Shown here in pieces: positions 1-7,875 of a stretch of DNA of 41,774 bases. The stretch's first letter is position 1, and each line of letters begins with the position of its first letter. Under the pieces are notes generated by a model. The model made no database searches and was not told the DNA's origin. It saw only the letters and a list, made by a program, of their open reading frames with translations. The stretch comes from an uncultured Muribaculaceae bacterium (GTDB lineage: Bacteria; Bacillota_I; Bacilli_A; RF39; UBA660). Position numbers and translations under genes: made by a program. The stretch is taken from positions 1 through 41,774 of the forward strand of contig CAZQAO010000002.1 in assembly GCA_964591225.1 (NCBI GenBank), given 5' to 3'.

Positions 1-43
1 TTTTATTAGAAAGGAAATATTATGAAAAAAGAACGATTGAAAA

Positions 44-154
44 TTAATAATTATTGTTTAATAAAATTTTTTTAGCTTTTTCTTCATCTTGAAATTTAAC
101 ATTTCTACTTTTTAGTAAATCTATTTGTTCATCTATTGTCTTGAATTCTTTCAT
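44..154 (-). pseudogene. Truncated N-terminal fragment of an Abi_2 (AbiD/AbiF-like) abortive-infection gene
   Basis: The minus-strand ATG at 154 reads MKEFKTIDEQIDLLKSRNVKFQDEEKAKKILLNNNY, then TAA (46..44). This matches the typical N-terminus of Abi_2-family proteins (TIDEQIxLLKSRG...AKxxLxxxNYY), which are normally about 300 aa. It is too short to appear in the ORF track. Confidence 0.5.
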
Positions 155-670
155 AATATAAAAAAGTCTTCGGTCCACACGGGATACCGAAGATCACTTA
201 CAAATTAATCCTACAACTAATTATTGTGATTGTCAATATCCTAGTGTACTTTTATACAACTTTATTTTCACACTCCTTCTTTAAATATTTATATTTTAAT
301 TATCTTTAGGTTTTTAAAGTCTGTTCTAATAAGTGTAACAAAGTAATTTGTTAGTAGTCTTCGTGGTGGGACTATTTTTTATTCTTTTATAGCACTTGCT
401 AATTTTTTTGTTCTCTTAAATATTTTAAATTATTACTAAAATAGTTCATATTTTTCTTTCTCATATTTATGATAGCACATAAGTATTAAAAAACAATAAA
501 AACTATGCTTATTTGCAGAAGCCAATACTAAAAATACAATAAGCACATTAATATTAAACATTCAATCATGATTTTTTATCAAACGCACAACGAACAATAG
601 ACGTTACTTCAAAATTACTCCGAAATAGACAAAAATTACAAAAAAAAGTAATTTTTTGAAAATAATGTAT

Positions 671-691
671 AAAAAAAACCTTAAAATAAGG
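671..691 (-). terminator. Intrinsic terminator downstream of tRNA-Lys
   Basis: On the minus strand: hairpin CCTTATTTTAAGG (679..691) followed by T8 (the A-run 671..678 on the + strand), immediately 3' of the tRNA. Confidence 0.6.
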
Positions 692-706
692 CTTTACTAT
701 TTTAAT

Positions 707-782
707 TGGTGTCCCCTTAGGGATTCGAACCCTAGACCCACTGATTAAGAGTCAGTTGCTCTACCAACTGAGCTAAGGAGAC
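707..782 (-). tRNA. tRNA-Lys (anticodon CUU), CCA encoded
   Basis: The reverse complement folds by hand into a cloverleaf: acceptor GTCTCCT/AGGGGAC, D-arm GCTC-AGTTGGTA-GAGC, anticodon stem ACTGA/TCAGT with loop CT-CTT-AA, T-arm TAGGG-TTCGAAT-CCCTA, discriminator A, then CCA. Confidence 0.93.
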
Positions 783-875
783 ATTGACTATTTAAAATTA
801 TAACACTTTTTTTAGATTATTCAATCTTTTTGATATTATTTATTAATTGGTTCATACTAAAAAAGGTGAAAGAAT

Positions 876-1625
876 ATGGCTAATATAAAAACAACTATTT
901 CTTTTGGACTGGTAAATATTCCGGTTTTATTAAATCCTATTATTAAAAATAATGATACGGCTTTTAATCAACTACATAAAAAATGTGGACATCGCATTAA
1001 ATATATTAAATATTGTCCCGTTTGTAAAAAAGAAGTTAAACCTAATGAAATAATTAAGGGATACGAATATATAGATAATGAATATGTAACTTTAACCGAA
1101 GAAGAATTAGATAAATTAAAAGTAGAAAATGATAAAACTATTGAAATTATTGCTTTTGTAAAATTAAAAGAAATTGATCCTATTTATTTTGAAAAAAGTT
1201 ATGTTTTAAATATTGATAAACCAGAGAAAGCTTATACTTTATTTAAAAATGCTTTAAAGAAAACTGGTAAAGTAGCTTTGGCGAAAACAGTCATTAATTC
1301 TAAGTTTTATTATGTGATTTTACGATTTGGTGAAAATCAAATTATTATGACTACATTATATTTTCAAGAAGAAATAAAATTAGAAGAACCTTTAAAAGAT
1401 GTAAAAACTACTACTAAAGAAATGGATTTAGCTATTAAATTAATTGATCAATTATCGGGTAAATTTGAACCAGACAAGTATGTCGATGAGTACCAAACTA
1501 GAATTAAAGAAGCTATTGATAAAAAAGTAGCAGGTAAAGAAATTAAAAGTGTAAAAACTAAAAAGCCAAAGAATATAGCCAATCTTTTAGAAGCTTTAGA
1601 AAAGAGTTTAAAAGATGAAGGATAA
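876..1625 (+). CDS. ku: Ku protein (bacterial non-homologous end-joining DNA-end binding protein)
   Basis: The N-terminus ISFGLVNIPV..., the LHKKCGHRIKYIKYCPVCKKEV...IIKGYEY segment and the lysine-rich C-terminal tail are typical of bacterial Ku (YkoV-like). SD GGTGA lies 6 nt upstream of the ATG. The 3' end overlaps the ligase gene. Confidence 0.9.
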   Translation: MANIKTTISFGLVNIPVLLNPIIKNNDTAFNQLHKKCGHRIKYIKYCPVCKKEVKPNEIIKGYEYIDNEYVTLTEEELDKLKVENDKTIEIIAFVKLKEIDPIYFEKSYVLNIDKPEKAYTLFKNALKKTGKVALAKTVINSKFYYVILRFGENQIIMTTLYFQEEIKLEEPLKDVKTTTKEMDLAIKLIDQLSGKFEPDKYVDEYQTRIKEAIDKKVAGKEIKSVKTKKPKNIANLLEALEKSLKDEG

Positions 1626-2520
1626 TTTATTTAAAAATCGTCATTTTAAACCTATGTTATTAAGTGAAGTTCATAAACCATTTGATGATCCCAAATATTT
1701 ATTTGAAATTAAATATGATGGTATTCGGGCTTTAATTTTTGCTAGTCCTAAAGAAGTTACTATTAAAAGTCGTAATCAATATGATATTACTTATTTATAT
1801 CCGGAATTGCAAGCAATTAAAAATATAGTTAAAAAAAATTGTATTTTTGATGGGGAGATAATTTGTTTAGAAGATGGTTTACCTAATTTTTTAGCTTTAC
1901 AAAAACGAGCTCACTTAAAACAAAAAGAAAAGATTCAAGAACAATCACTATTAAATCCCGCATATTTTATTTGTTTTGATATTATTTATGAAAGTAGGGA
2001 TTTAAGAAATAAAAAACTTATTATAAGAAAAGAAATTTTAAATCAATATCCTGATAATGAAGTATTTATTAAAAGTAAATATTTTTTAACTAATGGTAAG
2101 AAAATGTTTCAGTTTGTTAAAAAACATCATTTAGAGGGAATAGTTGCTAAACATATTGATAGTCAGTATGAAATAAATATTCGCACTCCAAATTGGCTTA
2201 AAATTAAAAATTTTCAAGAACAAAATTTTTATATAGTAGGTTATGAAAATAAAAAAGGTGCTATAACTTTATATGTTGCAGAAAAAGAAAAAGAGCAATA
2301 CTTTTATGCTGGCAAAGTATTATTGTATGAAAATAATCCGGCTTATTCCAAAATTAAGGAAGCTAAAAAGCAAAAATATAAAGTTCATAATTTAAACCAC
2401 AAAATTATCCAAATTGCTCCTATTTACCAAGCGACGATTATTTTTTTAGAACGAACTAAAGGGGGAAATTTACGTCATCCAGTTTTTAAAGAATTGACAT
2501 GTAACTCTCCTTTGCTATAA
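1615..2520 (+). CDS. ligD: ATP-dependent DNA ligase, LigD ligase-domain-only form (adenylation plus OB fold, no polymerase or phosphoesterase domain)
   Basis: Motif I is EIKYDGIR (KxDG, the adenylated lysine). Other matches are FDGEII, EGIVAK, NWLKIKN and C-terminal LRHPVFKEL (motif VI). At 301 aa there is room only for a ligase core. It overlaps ku by 11 nt. Confidence 0.88.
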   Translation: MKDNLFKNRHFKPMLLSEVHKPFDDPKYLFEIKYDGIRALIFASPKEVTIKSRNQYDITYLYPELQAIKNIVKKNCIFDGEIICLEDGLPNFLALQKRAHLKQKEKIQEQSLLNPAYFICFDIIYESRDLRNKKLIIRKEILNQYPDNEVFIKSKYFLTNGKKMFQFVKKHHLEGIVAKHIDSQYEINIRTPNWLKIKNFQEQNFYIVGYENKKGAITLYVAEKEKEQYFYAGKVLLYENNPAYSKIKEAKKQKYKVHNLNHKIIQIAPIYQATIIFLERTKGGNLRHPVFKELTCNSPLL

Positions 2521-2538
2521 TAAAAGCGAGGGATGGAT

Positions 2539-2832
2539 ATGCAAAAAACAAAGTATCAAGCAATGAATAAAGAAGAAAAAAAAGAATTAATGCACAAGTA
2601 TCAAAAAACCGAAACTGGTCATAAAATGATGAATCGATTACTGCGAATCCGTTTAATTGGAGTAGTGTCTTTAGTCTATGCAGTTATTGATTTATTAGTT
2701 GAAAACAAGAATTTACAATATTATGATTTCTTTTTAATTATTCCTTTATTTATAGCTGGTCTCGTCTTTATTATCGGTTCATATCATTTAAAAAATAAAG
2801 TATTAACTAAATATGCTGTAAAAAAATCTTGA
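2539..2832 (+). CDS. Small two-TM membrane protein, unknown function
   Basis: The ORF has a charged N-terminus and two hydrophobic helices (LIGVVSLVYAVIDLLV; FFLIIPLFIAGLVFIIGSY). I prefer the second ATG (2539) because SD GAGGG sits 6 nt upstream. A terminator follows. No family recognised. Confidence 0.55.
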   Translation: MQKTKYQAMNKEEKKELMHKYQKTETGHKMMNRLLRIRLIGVVSLVYAVIDLLVENKNLQYYDFFLIIPLFIAGLVFIIGSYHLKNKVLTKYAVKKS

Positions 2833-2854
2833 ACTTTTTGATTCAAGATTTTTT
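2825..2854 (+). terminator. Intrinsic terminator of the ku-ligD-membrane ORF unit
   Basis: 9-bp stem AATCTTGAA / TTCAAGATT (2825-2833 and 2842-2850), followed by TTTT. Confidence 0.7.
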
Positions 2855-2866
2855 AATTTTTTAATA

Positions 2867-2957
2867 TGGCGGAGCAGGAGAGATTTGAACTCTCGCGCCA
2901 GTTACCCGACCTATACCCTTAGCAGGGGCACCTCTTCAGCCTCTTGAGTACTGCTCC
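2867..2957 (-). tRNA. tRNA-Ser (anticodon GCU), long variable arm, CCA encoded
   Basis: The reverse complement is GGAGCAG-TA-CTC...GAG-G-TGCCC-CT-GCT-AA-GGGTA-(long variable arm)-GAGAG-TTCAAAT-CTCTC-CTGCTCC-G-CCA. The 3-bp D stem plus long variable arm is typical of class II Ser tRNA. Confidence 0.9.
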
Positions 2958-3027
2958 ACAAGCTACCTCTACATTTTATAATAAACTAAAACGTTAGTCA
3001 ATAATAAAAATTGTAAAAAAAGGGGAA

Positions 3028-3900
3028 TTATTCCCCTAAAGTAGCTGTTTTAATTTCTTCTAAATAGTTTGTCATAATTGTTAAATAGTTATCTTTATTA
3101 TTAACGTTTTCTTCTGATAAAGTATTCATTGTATTAACTTTAACTATTTTGGCATTATAATCTTTTTCTAAAGTAGTAATAACATTAGTTTTTTCTTCTG
3201 TATCTTTGATAAAGATAGTGGTATAGTTACCATTTTTAAAATTATTTTTAATATTATTTAAATTAATAGTTGTTAAATTTTCTTCATCTTCTAACGAGAT
3301 GACATGGAAACCATAATTTTCTAAATATTTAAACATATTAGAAGAAGCAATAATAGTTCCTTTTTTAACTTCGTTAGCACTACTAGCAGTTCTTCGTAAT
3401 TCAGCATCCATCACCGATAAAGTTTCTTCAAGTTTTTGATAATTTTTTTCAATTTCTTCATTAGCATATTTACTATCGGTAAATTCTTGTAAATTATTTT
3501 TTATTGTGGTAGCTAACATTAAATAATAATTGGGAGATAACCATAATTCTTCAAGACCATTGCTATATTTTAAGCCATAAGCCACATCTATGACTTTTAA
3601 GTTACTATTTTCGTTGATTAAATTTTTCGCAATATTTTGTTCTTGCGATAAACCATTATATATAAAAATATCATTATTACTATATTCTTTAATTTGTTTT
3701 TTCGTTAAATCATAGTTTTCAACATTAGCATCACTAGGATAAATACTCGTAATATAATCGGTAGGATAAATCTCTTCTAAAATATAAGTAATCGGATAAA
3801 CAGTGGTTAAAATATGTAATCCTTCTTGGGTTTTACTATTACAGGCTGTTCCTGTAAATAGTAATAAACATAATAAACTAATAATTTTAAATTTTTTCAT
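3028..3900 (-). CDS. ZnuA/TroA-fold (cluster A-I solute-binding) lipoprotein with a non-canonical metal site and no adjacent ABC partners
   Basis: The signal peptide [19 protein letters not shown]|C is lipoprotein-like. Blocks [31 protein letters not shown] and TIFIKD...[10 protein letters not shown] match the ZnuA family (PF01297) scaffold. The start is set at ATG 3900 (SD AAAGGAG upstream) rather than the track start 3939. Confidence 0.7.
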   Translation of the reverse strand: MKKFKIISLLCLLLFTGTACNSKTQEGLHILTTVYPITYILEEIYPTDYITSIYPSDANVENYDLTKKQIKEYSNNDIFIYNGLSQEQNIAKNLINENSNLKVIDVAYGLKYSNGLEELWLSPNYYLMLATTIKNNLQEFTDSKYANEEIEKNYQKLEETLSVMDAELRRTASSANEVKKGTIIASSNMFKYLENYGFHVISLEDEENLTTINLNNIKNNFKNGNYTTIFIKDTEEKTNVITTLEKDYNAKIVKVNTMNTLSEENVNNKDNYLTIMTNYLEEIKTATLGE

Positions 3901-4123
3901 TTTTTTCTTCTCCTTTTTGAGGAACTGGATCATATCCAAAATTTCCTTTAGGATGACATTTTTTTAAACGTTTAAATCCTAATTTTAATCCTTCTTTAAC
4001 ACCATAAGTATCAATTGCTTCGATCATATATTCACTACAAGTGGGGGTAAAACGACACATAGAGTGGGATATATTAGGAATAACTTGGTAGCATCGTATC
4101 AAAAAAATGCATACCCGTTTCAT
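3887..4123 (-). CDS. yidD: Membrane protein insertion efficiency factor YidD
   Basis: The segment [19 protein letters not shown]...KRLKKCHP...GYDPVP is the YidD (DUF37) signature. I prefer ATG 4123 with SD GGTGA. Its 3' end overlaps the lipoprotein start by 14 nt. Confidence 0.88.
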   Translation of the reverse strand: MKRVCIFLIRCYQVIPNISHSMCRFTPTCSEYMIEAIDTYGVKEGLKLGFKRLKKCHPKGNFGYDPVPQKGEEKNEKI

Positions 4124-4242
4124 TAGAATCACCACTACTATTTTACTATATTTTTAAATACTTGTAAAATACAATAATTTTACTAATTATAATAATACGT
4201 GATATAATGATTAGGAAAATAATTCAAAAAGATGGTGTTAGG

Positions 4243-4908
4243 ATGATTGAGAAACTACAAAGTTATGGAATAACTATAACCAATGAAGAACTTTTACAAA
4301 CAGCTTTAACGCATAGTTCCTATTCTAATGAACATAATACCAAAAATTATGAACGTTTAGAGTTTTTAGGGGATGCAGTTTTAGAATTAGTGATGAGTGA
4401 ATATTTTTATTTAAATACTTCTTATAGTGAAGGGGAAATGAGTAAAATTAGAGCTAGTTATGTCTGCGAAGAAGCTTTATTTCAATATGCTAAAGATATA
4501 GATTTACCCCAATATATTATCGTTGGTCATGGTCAAGAAAATAATATTAATGCCACGATTATTGCTGATGTTTTTGAAAGTGTCATTGCTGTTATTTATT
4601 TAGAAGCTGGTTTAGAAGTTGTCAAAAAATTTATTTTAGAGCGAATACTACCTTATATAGAAAAGAAGATTGAATTTATTCATGATTATAAATCCATTTT
4701 ACAAGAGATGGTTCAAACGGATCGAAAAAGTTTAGAATATGTTTTAGTTACCGAAGATGGTCCCGCTCATGATAAATCATTTACGGTAGAAGTTCGGATT
4801 GATAATATGGTTTATGGTACCGGAACTGGCAAAAGTAAAAAGGAAGCGGAACAAAATGCTGCCCGAGATGCTTATCAAAAAAGAGCTAAAGTTAGTGAGG
4901 ATGTGTAG
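4243..4908 (+). CDS. rnc: Ribonuclease III
   Basis: It carries the RNase III signature ERLEFLGDAVLEL and a C-terminal dsRBD (GPAHDKSFTVEV...GTGKSKKEAEQNAA). The track start 4207 lies inside a TGATATAAT -10 box, so ATG 4243 is preferred. Confidence 0.92.
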   Translation: MIEKLQSYGITITNEELLQTALTHSSYSNEHNTKNYERLEFLGDAVLELVMSEYFYLNTSYSEGEMSKIRASYVCEEALFQYAKDIDLPQYIIVGHGQENNINATIIADVFESVIAVIYLEAGLEVVKKFILERILPYIEKKIEFIHDYKSILQEMVQTDRKSLEYVLVTEDGPAHDKSFTVEVRIDNMVYGTGTGKSKKEAEQNAARDAYQKRAKVSEDV

Positions 4909-4910
4909 AC

Positions 4911-7856
4911 GTGTATTTAAAAGCAATTAAAGCCAATGGATTTAAGTCTTTCGCTATCAAAACTCATATTTCATTAGAAAAAGATATTACTTGTATTGTT
5001 GGTCCTAATGGGAGTGGCAAGAGTAATATCGTCGATGCGGTAAGATGGGTACTTGGAGAACAAAGTGTTAAATCACTACGGGGAACCAATGCGATGACTG
5101 ATGTTATTTTTGCGGGTAGTAAGTCTCGCTCGGCAGCTAATCGAGCTGAAGTTTCCTTAATATTTGATAATAGTGATCATTATTTAGATTGTGAATTAAC
5201 TGAAATTGAAGTTAAACGGGTTTTATATCGTAATGGGGAAGGCGAGTATTTTATTAATAATACCCCGGTTCGTTTAAAAGATATTACTAATTTATTTTTA
5301 GATAGTGGAGCTGGTATTGATTCTTTTAATATTATTAGCCAAGGAAGTATTGAATCAGTCATTAATAGTAAACCTTATGAACGACGTAGTATCTTTGAAG
5401 AAGCAGCTGGAGTATTAAAATATAAAAGACGGAAAGAAGAAAGTATCAGAAAGTTAGAAAAAACTAAAGAGAATATGGAAAAAGTTTCTTTAATTATTAC
5501 CGAACTGGAAAGTAACTTGAATCCGTTAAAAGAACAAAGTGAAAATGCTCAAAAATATTTAGAATTAAAAGACCAATTAAAACAACTAGAAATTGCTACT
5601 ATTACCCAAGATATTACGAATATTCATGATAAATACGAAAAAATCAAAATAGCTAAAGAAGAAGGCGACGAACAATTAGTAGCCTTAGAAACTATCGAAA
5701 GTCAAGAAGCCTCTAAATTAGAAAATTTAAAATTAAAAAATTTAAAATTAGAGAGTGCTATCAATGAAAAAAATGCTCAATTATTAGATGTTACTAGTCG
5801 TTATGCTAATTTACAAAATGAGAAATTAATGTATACCGAACGTCAAAAATATAAGCAAGAGGGCGAACAAGTAGATAGTAATATTGTAAAACTAAAAGAA
5901 GAAATATTAGCAATCGATAAAGATATTGCTCTTTTAGAAAATGATTTAGAACAAATAAATAGCCAAAGTAAAAAAATAAAATTAAATTTACAAGATGTTA
6001 ATGAAGAACAAAGTTTGTTAAAAACTAAACAAAATGCTTTGAATATAAAATATCAAAATAATTTGCGCGAGATGTATACTTTAAAAAGCCAAGAAGAAAT
6101 ATTAGAAAATTCGATATTAAATGATAATAAATTACCCGTATCCGTCAAAAGTATTTTAAATAATGATCGTTTGAAACAAGTTTATGGTCCGATTGGTAAA
6201 TTAATTACGGTTCCCTCTTCGTATGCGATAGCTATTGATGTGGCTTTAGGGGCAAGTACTAATTTTTTAGTGGTTGCAGATGAAAATGTAGCGAAAGAAA
6301 GTATTAACTATTTAAAAGAAAATCAATTAGGTAGAGTTACTTTTCTACCCTTAAATATAATTAAAGCTAAAGAAATACCGGCCTCTATATTAAAACGTTT
6401 AGAGCAAATGAATGGCTATATTGGTATTGCTAGTGATTTAGTTGAATATGATGGCAAGTTTACTAATATTATCAAAAATCAATTAGGAAATATTATTGTC
6501 GTCGATACAATTGATACCTTAAATCGGATAGGAAGAATTTTAGAATATAAATATCGGATAGTTAGTTTAGAGGGAGAAATAATTCACACTGGAGGAAGTC
6601 TAACGGGTGGTAGTCTTAAAAGTTCAAGTAGTATTATTAAAGATAAATTGGAATTAGAACAAACTAAAAATAATCGGTTGCATTGTGAAGAATTAAATAC
6701 CCGTTTGCAAAAAGAATTGGATGATTATCATAAAAATCAAGATATATTAAAAGAACAAGAAGATACCTTAAATCGTAATTTATTTCAATTAGAAGAACAA
6801 TTAACGGAAAAAAATAGTAGTTTAGAAACCAAAAAGCAAAAACAATTAGAGTTAAATAAAGAATTAGAAGGTATAACAGCTTTAAAAAGTGGTAACGTCG
6901 ATCAAAAATTAATGAATTTATTAACTATGGTTAATGAAACTTTGAAAGAGAAAAAAGTCTTAGAAACTAATTTAAATCAAATGAAAACAGAAAAAAGTGA
7001 ATTGCAAAGTGAAATTGCCGAGTTAGAACATAATTATCGCGATAAAAATAGTACTTATAATAAGATGCAAAGTGATTTAAAAAATAAAGAAGTAGAGTTA
7101 GGAAAATTAGATATTCAATTAGATAATTTATTGCAAGTTTTAAATGAAACTTATAATATTACTTATGAAAAAGCTAAATTAGATTATGTTTTAGAAATTG
7201 ATAGTTTAGAAGCTCGCAATACAGTTCGCGATTTAAAAAGCAAAATTGCTAATTTAGGAGAAGTAAATGTCTTTGCAATTACTGAATATGAACAATTAAA
7301 TACGCGCTATAACTTTTTAGTGAATCAAAAAAATGATTTGGAACAAGCTAGTCTTAATCTAACCAATGTCATTGCGGAAATGGATACGATTATGATAGAT
7401 AAATTTAAGACGACCTTTAATAAAATTAATGCTGAATTTCAACTGGTCTTTAAAAAATTATTTAAAGGTGGTACCGGAATGTTAAAACTTACTGATCCAG
7501 AAGATGTGTTAAATACTGGTATTGAAATTATCGCCGAACCACCTGGCAAAAAACTTAATTCGATTGGTTTATTAAGTGGTGGGGAAAAAACTTTGACAGC
7601 TATCTCGTTATTATTTGCTGTTTTAAATGTCAAAACTGTCCCATTTTGTATTTTAGATGAAGTAGAAGCTTCTTTAGATGAAGCAAATGTCGATGCTTTC
7701 GGTAAATATTTACAAGAACAAAAAGCCAATAGTCAATTTATTTTGATTACTCATAAAAAAAGAACGATGGAATATGCTGATACTTTATATGGTATAACCA
7801 TGCAAGAATCGGGGGTTAGTAAATTAGTTAGTGTGCATTTAGATAATTTATCATAA
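4911..7856 (+). CDS. smc: Chromosome partition protein SMC (short, 981 aa form)
   Basis: Walker A GPNGSGKSNIVDAVRWVLGEQS, long coiled coils, a central hinge (GPIGKLI...LGRVTFLPLN), the signature LSGGEKTLTAISLLFA and Walker B FCILDEVEASLD. GTG start. Confidence 0.95.
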   Translation: MYLKAIKANGFKSFAIKTHISLEKDITCIVGPNGSGKSNIVDAVRWVLGEQSVKSLRGTNAMTDVIFAGSKSRSAANRAEVSLIFDNSDHYLDCELTEIEVKRVLYRNGEGEYFINNTPVRLKDITNLFLDSGAGIDSFNIISQGSIESVINSKPYERRSIFEEAAGVLKYKRRKEESIRKLEKTKENMEKVSLIITELESNLNPLKEQSENAQKYLELKDQLKQLEIATITQDITNIHDKYEKIKIAKEEGDEQLVALETIESQEASKLENLKLKNLKLESAINEKNAQLLDVTSRYANLQNEKLMYTERQKYKQEGEQVDSNIVKLKEEILAIDKDIALLENDLEQINSQSKKIKLNLQDVNEEQSLLKTKQNALNIKYQNNLREMYTLKSQEEILENSILNDNKLPVSVKSILNNDRLKQVYGPIGKLITVPSSYAIAIDVALGASTNFLVVADENVAKESINYLKENQLGRVTFLPLNIIKAKEIPASILKRLEQMNGYIGIASDLVEYDGKFTNIIKNQLGNIIVVDTIDTLNRIGRILEYKYRIVSLEGEIIHTGGSLTGGSLKSSSSIIKDKLELEQTKNNRLHCEELNTRLQKELDDYHKNQDILKEQEDTLNRNLFQLEEQLTEKNSSLETKKQKQLELNKELEGITALKSGNVDQKLMNLLTMVNETLKEKKVLETNLNQMKTEKSELQSEIAELEHNYRDKNSTYNKMQSDLKNKEVELGKLDIQLDNLLQVLNETYNITYEKAKLDYVLEIDSLEARNTVRDLKSKIANLGEVNVFAITEYEQLNTRYNFLVNQKNDLEQASLNLTNVIAEMDTIMIDKFKTTFNKINAEFQLVFKKLFKGGTGMLKLTDPEDVLNTGIEIIAEPPGKKLNSIGLLSGGEKTLTAISLLFAVLNVKTVPFCILDEVEASLDEANVDAFGKYLQEQKANSQFILITHKKRTMEYADTLYGITMQESGVSKLVSVHLDNLS

Positions 7857-7875
7857 ATAGGGCGAGGGGATTTTG

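Noticed and set aside
241-283. A tiny minus-strand ORF (VKIKLYKSTLGY) after GAAGGAG near 270. It could be a leader peptide or a type I toxin.
   Set aside because: The SD abuts the start codon with 1 to 2 nt spacing. The peptide is neither hydrophobic nor conserved-looking. It is probably a chance ORF in relic DNA.
4207-4242. N-terminal extensions in the ORF track for rnc (4207), nusB (20807), lepB (30438), mreC (26392), recD2 (15201) and others.
   Set aside because: The upstream start codons fall inside TATAAT -10 boxes or inside the preceding gene. Downstream in-frame starts have proper SD spacing and match family N-termini.
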